DNA of 64,000 bases, from assembly GCA_963665845.2 (NCBI GenBank), contig OY762492.1, positions 2,112,001-2,176,000 on the forward strand, in the 5' to 3' direction. Below the pieces are notes generated by a model that was given only the letters and a program-made list of their open reading frames with translations, made no database searches and was not told the origin of the DNA. Shown here one piece after another: positions 19,536 to 29,547 of the stretch (position 1 is the stretch's first letter; each line of letters begins with the position of its first letter). Source of the stretch: Candidatus Poribacteria bacterium (lineage in GTDB: Bacteria > Poribacteria > WGA-4E > GCA-2687025). The translations under genes were made by a program, and so were the position numbers.

Positions 19536-21040
19536 GCCTTTTCAGCGCCTACAGACTCAGATATGTTCCAACTCAAGCGGCTAGCTCCCTTACCTTCATA
19601 AGAGAACTTCTTTCTCCAAACGCAAACGCTTTTTCGCAGCGGCGCGCGTCCGTAGGCGCCCATTTGCTGGCTGCTGTTGCCTTTCTTGACGGGCGCGACC
19701 AGTATGCTTTCCACCTCAAAACCAAGCGAGCGGGCGATGTCGGACAGGATCAGATCGACGGAGACGCTGACGCCCGCATACCGCACATTGTCGTTCACCA
19801 TGAAGAGCGGCGCGCCAGGCTTCAAGACGCGGGCGCATTCGCCGATGACGCATGCCGTCTCCAAAAAATAACCGCGCGCCATGCGCGGAATGCCGTTGTT
19901 GTTCAGCCTTTTAGCCTTTCTTTCGCGCTCAAGATAGGCGTTCACCGCGCCAAGCAGCTTTTGACGATTCGCCGCTTCGATAAACGGACTCCAGTTCGGA
20001 CATATTTTCAGCAAATCTTTTTCGCGGTTCTCAACCGTACAGCTAAGCATATTTTGCCGCAGTTCAGACACTTCCGATTGGGTCAGTCCAAGCATCGTCA
20101 GCTCAAGCGCGTAAGTCCGCGTGTAATCGTAGCGGTTGCAGTACGGCGGAGAGGTGACGACAGCGCTATAAGCGTTCGCCTCCAGCGTCGGCAGGATATT
20201 CAGGCATGAACCTTTGAACAGGCGGATGTCTCCCTGTTCAGCTTGCTTCGTTGGAAAGAGCGCGGCGGGCATTTTTGCGCGGCGGATGTCCGTTACGATT
20301 TCGTTGATTTTATCGGCGGCCGCGTCATCGAAAGCGGCGATGGCGCCTTTATGAAACGGCTTTGTCCCTGGACGCCGCCTGCCGGAACGGGCGTCCCAGC
20401 GCAGATACTGTCCGTCTTTTCGGGTGTAGCTGACGCTTTCTAAAACGCACAGCAGCGCCATGCGCAGAATCGCCTGAACGCGCTTATTTTCTTGTTGAAT
20501 GGCGGCTCGATACCGTTCAATTGCGTCGACGGTTTCGGGCGGGTATGCGTTTTCAGTGATGCGAATGACGCTAAAAGGCAGTCGGTTGGGGCAATCAACC
20601 CATGGCCGCTCACTTGTCCACTTTTCAAGTTTGGCGATGTCGCTGTCGGTCATTTTTCGTTCGGCGAGAAGGCGGGAATAGATAATCTCTTGTCCGACAG
20701 GCAGCAGCTCAATGCCGTCGGCAGAATTGCCTAAAGCGCCGGCGGCAAAGAGCGCGGTGCCGACGCCTGCAAACGGGTCTAGAATTCGACCGGCAACAGG
20801 CTCGCCGTATCGGTTGAGCAGATATTCGACAAGGTCGGCTGAAAACGCCTCTTTGTATTTATACCATCCATAAGCGGATTTGCCCTTGTTGCCCTGAAAG
20901 CTAACGATTTTTCGAGAGAGAAACGGTTCCGGCGCCATTCGTCCGTCAAATTCCGCCGCGAGCTCGGCGTCCAGCGCGGCGATCTTGTCCAGCAGACGGT
21001 CGCTATTTGGATGCGCATGCGCAGTTTCAGGATTCATCAA
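19517..21040 (-). CDS. Type II amino-DNA methyltransferase (alpha order, probably N4-C), no cognate endonuclease nearby
   Basis: Motif I LDPFAGVGT precedes motif IV VTSPPY; also RVLKPG. Confidence 0.88.
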   Translation of the reverse strand: MMNPETAHAHPNSDRLLDKIAALDAELAAEFDGRMAPEPFLSRKIVSFQGNKGKSAYGWYKYKEAFSADLVEYLLNRYGEPVAGRILDPFAGVGTALFAAGALGNSADGIELLPVGQEIIYSRLLAERKMTDSDIAKLEKWTSERPWVDCPNRLPFSVIRITENAYPPETVDAIERYRAAIQQENKRVQAILRMALLCVLESVSYTRKDGQYLRWDARSGRRRPGTKPFHKGAIAAFDDAAADKINEIVTDIRRAKMPAALFPTKQAEQGDIRLFKGSCLNILPTLEANAYSAVVTSPPYCNRYDYTRTYALELTMLGLTQSEVSELRQNMLSCTVENREKDLLKICPNWSPFIEAANRQKLLGAVNAYLERERKAKRLNNNGIPRMARGYFLETACVIGECARVLKPGAPLFMVNDNVRYAGVSVSVDLILSDIARSLGFEVESILVAPVKKGNSSQQMGAYGRAPLRKSVCVWRKKFSYEGKGASRLSWNISESVGAEKASLYRR

Positions 21041-21058
21041 GGCTCATCCATCCCTAGA

Positions 21059-21976
21059 TTAGAACGGCAGCGGCTCGCCCATCGAAGCCGTCCTCTCCGC
21101 ATACAGCTCTTGAAGCCGCCGCGTCGTCTCCCCGATCCCGCCGCTTCCGATGACCCGCCCGTCCACCTTCAACACGGGGCTAAGCTCCCCCATCGTTCCG
21201 CTCGTGAACATCTCATCGGCGGCGTACACTTCCGCCATCGAAATGTTCCGCTCCTCGACAGGGATGCCCGCTTCCCGCGCAATCTGCATCACAAACCCGC
21301 GCGTGATGCCCGGCAGGCAGCTGTCTGCCCGCGGTGTCAACAGCCGCCCGCGCTTCACAATAAAAATGTTCGTCGCGTTCGTCTCGGACACATAACCGTA
21401 CAAATCCAGCATGACCGCGTCGTCCGCGCCCGCAAGGTTCGCCTCAATCTTCGCCAGAATGTTGTTGGCAAGGTTGTTGTGATGAATCTTCGAGTCGAGC
21501 GTGGAGGGCGAATTGCGCCGCACCGACGATGTGATAAGCGAGACGCCCGCCGGGTTGTAGATCGGCTGCTTCCATTCCGGCAAAACGATCATCGTCAAGC
21601 CGTACTGGTTTCGCCGCGGGTCCATGCTGGAGGTGATCTTCAGCCCGCGGCTGATTGTCAGGCGCACATGGCAGCCGTCGCGCATTCCGTTCGCTTCAAG
21701 GGCGGCGAAAACGGCGCTCCGTATCGCGCCGCGGTCGGGGATGTCCTCAAACGCCATCGCTTTGGCCGAGTCGATCAGCCTGTCCAGATGCTCGTCGAAG
21801 GCGAAGATGCGTCCGTTGTAGACGCGCAGCCCTTCCCAGACGCCGTCCCCGCCTTGAACGAGGCTGTCGAAGACGGAGATTTTGGCGTCGTCCCGATGGT
21901 AAAGCCGCCCGTCGATCCAGACCTGGATGTCGGCGTTGCGCGGGTCTGGGAGCGGCGGTTCCGTCCGCGTTTTCAT
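21059..21976 (-). CDS. Class IV PLP aminotransferase (branched-chain/D-amino acid type)
   Basis: GDGVWEGLR, HLDRL, SKIHHNN, ETNATN, LPGITR, DEMFTSGT. Start set at ATG 21976. Confidence 0.9.
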   Translation of the reverse strand: MKTRTEPPLPDPRNADIQVWIDGRLYHRDDAKISVFDSLVQGGDGVWEGLRVYNGRIFAFDEHLDRLIDSAKAMAFEDIPDRGAIRSAVFAALEANGMRDGCHVRLTISRGLKITSSMDPRRNQYGLTMIVLPEWKQPIYNPAGVSLITSSVRRNSPSTLDSKIHHNNLANNILAKIEANLAGADDAVMLDLYGYVSETNATNIFIVKRGRLLTPRADSCLPGITRGFVMQIAREAGIPVEERNISMAEVYAADEMFTSGTMGELSPVLKVDGRVIGSGGIGETTRRLQELYAERTASMGEPLPF

Positions 21977-22758
21977 TGCCGTTTGAGCCTTCCCCATTGA
22001 AGCGGGAGTTTGCCGGCAGGTTCCACCGACAGCGTCGTATCCATCTGATCCTGTATTTCGTTCTGCGTTCGGACGACATCGGAGATGCGCACCTCGTCAA
22101 TGGCGCCGTGGAAGTATCCTTGGCCGTCCCCCTTGAAGCCGATGTAAAGGACGGTCGCGGTGGGGTCGACCGCTTCGTTGACGGTTCCTTCGGTTTTCAG
22201 TTCGCCGTCCACATAGATTTTCGCGTCACGGCTGCCGCCGTCGAAGGTGAGAGCGGTATGGCGCCATTCGCCGACATGGTCAATGAAATGGTAATCGTTC
22301 GTCGACTCGAGGCGGGCGCCCCAGATGCCGAACCAGAGCGCGCCGCTGTTGGCGCCGTGAACGACCCACTGGTAGGCGTTGCCTTTGAAGACGATGGCGC
22401 CGGCGCCTGTCCACTTGTCGGGAGAGGAGTCGGCGCGTATCCATGCTTCGATGGTGATGTCGCCGGTGTCAGGGTGAAGGTTGTCGTTGTTTTGGACGAC
22501 GACGCGGGCGTTGGAGCCGTTGAAGAGCAGGGCGGTTCCAGAAATGCCCGCCGTCCATTCGCCTTTTTCAATCTCGCCGGCGCTATCGAACTGGGAGGAG
22601 TCTTCGGCGTCGTCCCCCGCGCCTTCGTCGAATGCCCAGTAGGCGATCACGTTGTCGTCAACGACGCCTTCGGCATAGGCTGTAACGGCGGTCATCGCAG
22701 CGGTTATCACAGCGGTCATCGCGGCGAGCAGGGCGTACATCCATCGCGCGTATTTCAT
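21973..22758 (-). CDS. Secreted LamG/concanavalin-A-like jellyroll protein with a C-terminal GK..QWG.LK motif
   Basis: Signal peptide ending AYA, AYWAFDEG, TIEAW, EWRHTALTFDG, IYVDGEL, GAIDEVRIS. Confidence 0.9.
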   Translation of the reverse strand: MKYARWMYALLAAMTAVITAAMTAVTAYAEGVVDDNVIAYWAFDEGAGDDAEDSSQFDSAGEIEKGEWTAGISGTALLFNGSNARVVVQNNDNLHPDTGDITIEAWIRADSSPDKWTGAGAIVFKGNAYQWVVHGANSGALWFGIWGARLESTNDYHFIDHVGEWRHTALTFDGGSRDAKIYVDGELKTEGTVNEAVDPTATVLYIGFKGDGQGYFHGAIDEVRISDVVRTQNEIQDQMDTTLSVEPAGKLPLQWGRLKRQ

Positions 22759-22829
22759 CGGTTTCTCCTGTTTTTGCCGATGCGGGTTTGCGCGATTCTA
22801 CCATAACTGAACGGCAGCCGTTACTTTCA

Positions 22830-23075
22830 ATAGGGCAGGCGGTAAAATGCGCGGGAATCCAGAGGCGAACCCGAAACAGGCCGCGCCACTCGCCGTCATT
22901 CCCGCGCAAGCGGGAATCCAGAGGCGAACCCGAAACCGGCCGCGTTCGGCAAAAAGCGTCATACCGCCGGACGTCATTCCCGCGTAAGCGGGAATGACGA
23001 ATAGCCCAATGACAGCGGTTGGGGCGCGGTTTCTGGACTCCCCCCTTGAAAAGGGGGGCTGGGGGGGTTTCCGCC
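22830..23075. repeat. REP cluster
   Basis: Three ATTCCCGCG.AAGCGGGAAT-type palindromes (one partial) plus CCCCCTTGAAAAGGGGGGCTGGGGGGG. Confidence 0.85.
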
Positions 23076-23105
23076 GCTTGCGGCGGCCGGACGCGGAAGG
23101 AGCGT

Positions 23106-23978
23106 TCAGGAGGCCGCCAAACTGCGCAGCCGCGCTAGATTCACGCGGTGGCTTTTCAGGTCGTCCGGCGTCTCGATATAACACGGGACGGAACGCAAAC
23201 GGCTGTCCGCAAACAGCCGCCTGAACGGCTCCTCGCCGATATGCCCCTCGCCGATATGCTCATGCCGGTCGACGCATGATCCGAGTTCCCCTTTGGAGTC
23301 GTTCAGATGCAGCGCAAAGAGACGATCAAAGCCGACATGCTCCTCAAACTCCGCCCATACCGCGTCAAACCCGTCCCCGCGCAGATCATAACCCGCCGCA
23401 AACAGATGGCATGTGTCTATGCAGACGCCGAACCGCTCCGCCGGTTCTAGGCGTTGCAGCGCCGCCCCTATCTCCTCAAAGGTTCGTCCGATGCTGCTGC
23501 CCTGCCCCGCCGCGTTTTCCAACAAAACGCGCGTTGATGAGTCGACCTCCGCCGCCAGGCGGTTCAGCTCCTCCGCCAGGCGTTCCCCCGCCTCTTCGGG
23601 CTGGCTCGTTAGACGGGAACCCATATGCAGCACCACATGCGGAATCGACATCGCTTCGCACCTGATCAGCTCGTTGGCGAAGGCGTCCGCCGCCCGTTCG
23701 CGCACATCGTCTTTGGGCGACGCCAAATTCGCCAGATAAGACGCATGCGAAATCACAAGCGGCTTGCCCGCCCGTTCCCATGCCGCCATATACGGATCGA
23801 TGCGGTCGGCGGTCAACGGCTTCGCCCGGTAACTGCGCGGGCTTGCCGTGAAAATCTGTATGACGTCGGCGCCCCATTCCTCGGCGTATTGAAACACCCC
23901 ATGGAACCCTTTGTCCGCCCGTATATGCGCTCCGATGCGCGGCTCTACTGCCTCTGCGTTAAGACCTGCTGCGCCCAC
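23106..23978 (-). CDS. nfo: Endonuclease IV
   Basis: IGAH, QIF, HASYLANL, LLENAAGQG, CIDTCH, HLNDSK, DRHEHIG, ETP. Confidence 0.95.
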   Translation of the reverse strand: MGAAGLNAEAVEPRIGAHIRADKGFHGVFQYAEEWGADVIQIFTASPRSYRAKPLTADRIDPYMAAWERAGKPLVISHASYLANLASPKDDVRERAADAFANELIRCEAMSIPHVVLHMGSRLTSQPEEAGERLAEELNRLAAEVDSSTRVLLENAAGQGSSIGRTFEEIGAALQRLEPAERFGVCIDTCHLFAAGYDLRGDGFDAVWAEFEEHVGFDRLFALHLNDSKGELGSCVDRHEHIGEGHIGEEPFRRLFADSRLRSVPCYIETPDDLKSHRVNLARLRSLAAS

Positions 23979-24382
23979 TCTTTCTCCAATGCGTCCAGAC
24001 TGCCTAAGCGTATTGTTGGTATGAGCGACTGGTCAAAACGTTTCAAGCCGTCCCTGCCGAGGCGCTCTATTTCGTCTAAGCACCGCCGCGCCGCCGCCGC
24101 CAATTCCGCCGCGTTCACGCCGTAACGTTCGGGGTAAAACTTGTCGACCCGCTGAATGCCGCGGTTTAGCAGGTTGCGCGCGCCGACATAATTCAACCCC
24201 GAAAGATGGTAAAAGCCGACCGCGATCTGCAGTATCCCTTGAAAAAACTCCCGCTCGACAGGGCGCGGATCGTCCATCCAGATCGCCTCCAGCGTCTCAT
24301 GGCACTCAAAGAAGAGGCGGCGGTTGAACTCGTCAATTGCCTGTTCAAAGCGGCGCTGGACGCTTCCGCCGTTTCCGCTCAT
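23945..24382 (-). CDS. DUF309-family protein
   Basis: FN...FFECHETLEAIW, FFQGILQIAVGFYH. Start set at ATG 24382. Confidence 0.85.
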   Translation of the reverse strand: MSGNGGSVQRRFEQAIDEFNRRLFFECHETLEAIWMDDPRPVEREFFQGILQIAVGFYHLSGLNYVGARNLLNRGIQRVDKFYPERYGVNAAELAAAARRCLDEIERLGRDGLKRFDQSLIPTIRLGSLDALEKEWAQQVLTQRQ

Positions 24383-25203
24383 TCGCCCGCCGAGGGAACC
24401 GCAATCGGGGTGGAGGGGTCGTTGCCCCATTCCGCCCAGGAGCGGAGATAGTTGCGCGCCTTCTGATAACCCGCCAGCCGCAGCGCCATGTACACCTGCG
24501 CCGAACGAATACCGATCTGGCAGTAGCAGGCGATCTCCTTCTCCGGCGTAATGCCCCTGTCGATCATCATGGCGCGAATCTCATCAAGGTCTCGAAAGCG
24601 GGTGATCTTGTTCTCATCCGTATAAACAAGCTCCGACCACTCAATACGCTCGGCGCCGGGGATATGCCCGTTTCGCTTCGCTTCTTTTTGACGACCCGTA
24701 TATTCGCCCTCGGAGCGGCTGTCGATGAGAACAACGTTCTCGTTGTCCAGATTCGCCAATACCCACTCTTTTGTGGCGAGGTTGTCGTATGGAGCCTCTG
24801 CGCGTTTTTCGGGTCGGCTGGCGCCGTCTGTCGTTGGCGTCGGCTTGCCTTTTTCGATGGGCAGCCCTTTAGCCGCCCAGGCGCTGAATCCGCCGTTCAG
24901 AATGCTGACATGCCACTCGCGCCCGCCGCGTTCCAACGCCCACAGAACCGGTCCGGTTCCCAGCCCGCTTCCGTCGTCGTAAAGCATGAGATTATGCGCC
25001 CCGTAAAGACCGAGCGGCGCAAGCATATCGGCGATCTCAAGCGGGTCGGACGTCTGAATCTTCATGCCGTACAGGTTGACGGCGTTCGGCAGACGCGCCG
25101 CGCCGTACAGCTCTGGCTTTCGAGTGTCGACGAATGTCCATCTGCCGTCCCGGCTAAGGGCAAGGTCGGGTTCCGCCAGCCCGACCGGCTTGAAGTTCGC
25201 CAT
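24379..25203 (-). CDS. Two-domain rhodanese sulfurtransferase
   Basis: ILNGGFSAW, DSRSEGEY, GHIPGA, active-site YCQIGIRS, SWAEW. Confidence 0.9.
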   Translation of the reverse strand: MANFKPVGLAEPDLALSRDGRWTFVDTRKPELYGAARLPNAVNLYGMKIQTSDPLEIADMLAPLGLYGAHNLMLYDDGSGLGTGPVLWALERGGREWHVSILNGGFSAWAAKGLPIEKGKPTPTTDGASRPEKRAEAPYDNLATKEWVLANLDNENVVLIDSRSEGEYTGRQKEAKRNGHIPGAERIEWSELVYTDENKITRFRDLDEIRAMMIDRGITPEKEIACYCQIGIRSAQVYMALRLAGYQKARNYLRSWAEWGNDPSTPIAVPSAGE

Positions 25204-25680
25204 CTATTTCTTTCCCTTTGTCAACGGAACCGGCGCGCCGAACGGCTTTGCGAACTGATGAATCAGCTCCACGCGGTCGTAGGTGGAGTACTCAAAATCT
25301 TTCGTCATCGTCAAGCACTCGGTCGGGCATGCCTCAACGCACAAGCCGCAGAAACAGCAGAGCGACATGTCGATGTCGAATCGGCTCGCGTTGCGCCGTA
25401 TGGGGACGTCTCCCGATGTCTTGGCGTAGATCATCCCCTTCGGCGCCTCTTCATAGTCGATGTAGATGCAATCGACGGGGCAGTCGTTGGCGCAGGCGAG
25501 GCAGACGACGCAATCCTCCATGACGTTGTGGAGCCTGTTGCGCGCCCCGTCGGGGATGTGCGGATGCCGTTCGGGGTATTCGTTCGTCACCGCCGGCTGG
25601 AAGAACTCCTTGATCGTGATGCGCATTCCTAGAGCCGCTGTCCAGACCGCTCCGTAAATGTTGCGTAGATACTGCCGCAT
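25204..25680 (-). CDS. nuoI: NuoI-like 2x[4Fe-4S] protein
   Basis: VTNEYPE, CVVCLACANDCP, CCFCGLCVEACP, DFEYS. Confidence 0.82.
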   Translation of the reverse strand: MRQYLRNIYGAVWTAALGMRITIKEFFQPAVTNEYPERHPHIPDGARNRLHNVMEDCVVCLACANDCPVDCIYIDYEEAPKGMIYAKTSGDVPIRRNASRFDIDMSLCCFCGLCVEACPTECLTMTKDFEYSTYDRVELIHQFAKPFGAPVPLTKGKK

Positions 25681-25695
25681 CCATGACCCTTTCGG

Positions 25696-27444
<1,749 letters not shown>

Positions 27445-27546
27445 TTATGATAGCGCGCATCTGCGGCGGCGTCGCAATCGTTTTGCCGAAACGGAAAATT
27501 CCGCTGCGATGACCATGACATCTTCAAGCGTTAATTTTATCAAGAT

Positions 27547-27933
27547 TCACCCAAGAACTTCCCAGGCGCGCGCATGGTCTCGCTTGATTCGGTTGATGAT
27601 GCGCATGTTTTTGGACCCGTATTGCCGCGCCGCCTCCAGATCCGCTTTTGCTTTCGCCCACTCTTTCAGGCGCAGATAAGCTCCTCCGCGGCGATAGTAA
27701 GCGTCCGCATGGTCAGGCTTCAACTCAATCGCGCGGGTGTAATCCTCAACGGCGCGCTCAATATCGTTCAGCGCGGCAAAACACATCCCGCGCCGAACGT
27801 AAGCGTCCGCATGGTCAGGCGCATGACGCAGCGCCTCCGTGAAGGCGTCCGCCGCCTCCGCATGCTCGCGATTCTGCGCATGAAGAAGGGCGCGCTTGTA
27901 AAGGGCGTCGAACGGGCTGGCGAAATCGGACAT
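27547..27933 (-). CDS. TPR-repeat protein
   Basis: Three TPR-like units (PDHADAY..RG). Start set at ATG 27933. Confidence 0.85.
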   Translation of the reverse strand: MSDFASPFDALYKRALLHAQNREHAEAADAFTEALRHAPDHADAYVRRGMCFAALNDIERAVEDYTRAIELKPDHADAYYRRGGAYLRLKEWAKAKADLEAARQYGSKNMRIINRIKRDHARAWEVLG

Positions 27934-28004
27934 CGCGGCTCTCTTCTCGATTGCGTATATGATACCACGCCTCTTCCCCTTATGAAAAGGGCGCGGCGGC
28001 TTTT

Positions 28005-28400
28005 CTGGACTCCCCCTTGAAAAGGGGCAGGGGGGGTTTGCGCAGGCGGCTCGCGATTGGTTTTGAACTAGGATGAAAGGATTATTAAGATTGCCAAGAG
28101 CGCCGCGCACGGGAATTCTCTTGGCAATCTTTTCAATCTTGGCAATCCTAGTTCAGACGGCAACAACGGCGGCGCCGACTACTCTCCCCCCTTGAAAAGG
28201 GGGGCAGGGGGGTTTCCGCGGCGCCTCTAGATTCCCGCGCGTTTTACCGCAGGGGCGGGAATGACGGCCGGGGATGCGGACGCTTGGGATGAACGCGGAC
28301 GGTTTCGGGGCAGACTCTAGATTCCCGCTTGCGCGGGAATGCATGCCCTCGCGGAAGCGGGGGACGGTCTGGTTGGCGGAGCCTTTTTCCCATGAACAAT
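28005..28400. repeat. Mosaic REP/MITE cluster
   Basis: Two CCCCCTTGAAAAGGGG modules, a GAACTAGGAT...ATCCTAGTTC module and two ATTCCC..GGGAAT palindromes. Confidence 0.85.
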
Positions 28401-28424
28401 GGCTTTGGCCGTTCACAGGGGGGC

Positions 28425-29537
28425 TTATCTCCCCCCTTCGCCTTCCGCATATTGAGCCGTCCCAGCGCGTATCTCCCACACATCTGAGGCGGCGCGGGCG
28501 CGTAGATCCTCCGCCGCTTCGGTCGCCGTTAAAAAAACCTGCGGCGACAACGACCCGAACGCTGAAAAAAGACGCCCCGCCCGCCCCCTGTCCAGCTCCG
28601 AGACCACATCGTCCAGCAGCGCGACCGGCGCGACCCCCGCCGCCGACTTCAACCACTCAAACTCCGACAACTTCAACGCCAGCGTCAAGGTGCGCTGCTG
28701 CCCCTGCGAACCGAAACGGCGCGCGCTCCGTCCGTTCAAACGCAGCTCCAGGTCGTCCCGATGCGGACCGACCGATGTGGTCCCGCGGCGTATGTCGTTC
28801 GGTTCCGCCGCCGACAGCCGTTCGGCAAACGCCTCCGCCAGCGGTTCGCCCGACACATTGGCGCGGTAGATCATCTCCGCCTCCTCGCCCTCTCCCGCCA
28901 GCCGTTCATGTTGAATCCGCAGCAGCGGGCGCAGCTCTCCGCACACCTCCAAGCGGCGCGCCGTGAGGCGAACGCCCGCCTCTACCAGCGGAGCCTCCCA
29001 GACGCGCAGTTCGGACCGCGCCATGCGGCGGTCGCGCGCCTGTTTCAGCGCCTCGTTGCGCTGCGACAACGCGCGCCGGTAATCGATCAGATCGGACAGG
29101 TAATCTTTGCGCGCCTGCGAAATGAGCGCGTCTAAAAAACGGCGGCGATCCTCGGGAGACCCGCGAACCGCCGCCGTCGACTCAGGAGCGAAAAAAACAA
29201 TCTTCAAGAGGCCGACGATGTTTGAAAAACGGGTCTGCGCCTTTCCGTCCAACGTTACCCGTTTTCGTCCGCCGCGCTCATATGCGATCTCCAAACGGCG
29301 GCGCGAATAGCCGTCGTTCAACAGCCCCCGTATGTAGTAGCTGGAGGCGCCGTGCCGCGCCATCTCCGCGTCCGACGCCGCGCGGTGCGAGCGGGTCGCC
29401 GCCAGCATATGAATCGCTTCCAGCAGGTTCGTCTTTCCCTGCGCGTTCTCCCCCAGAAAAAGATTGAACCTGCCGAAGCGAAGCGTCGTCTCCTCGTAGT
29501 TGCGAAAATTGACAACCGTCAGCTCCTCAAGGCGCAC
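28425..29537 (-). CDS. recF: DNA replication/repair protein RecF
   Basis: NFRNY, GENAQGKTNLLEAI, RRRFLD, GPHRDDL, SQGQQR, LLDDVVSELD. Confidence 0.96.
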   Translation of the reverse strand: MRLEELTVVNFRNYEETTLRFGRFNLFLGENAQGKTNLLEAIHMLAATRSHRAASDAEMARHGASSYYIRGLLNDGYSRRRLEIAYERGGRKRVTLDGKAQTRFSNIVGLLKIVFFAPESTAAVRGSPEDRRRFLDALISQARKDYLSDLIDYRRALSQRNEALKQARDRRMARSELRVWEAPLVEAGVRLTARRLEVCGELRPLLRIQHERLAGEGEEAEMIYRANVSGEPLAEAFAERLSAAEPNDIRRGTTSVGPHRDDLELRLNGRSARRFGSQGQQRTLTLALKLSEFEWLKSAAGVAPVALLDDVVSELDRGRAGRLFSAFGSLSPQVFLTATEAAEDLRARAASDVWEIRAGTAQYAEGEGGR

Positions 29538-29547
29538 GGAAACGGCG

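Noticed and set aside
19573-19599. MKVRELAA mini-ORF resembling a HicA N-terminus
   Set aside because: Only 8 codons and inside the methyltransferase tail; a chance match is likely.
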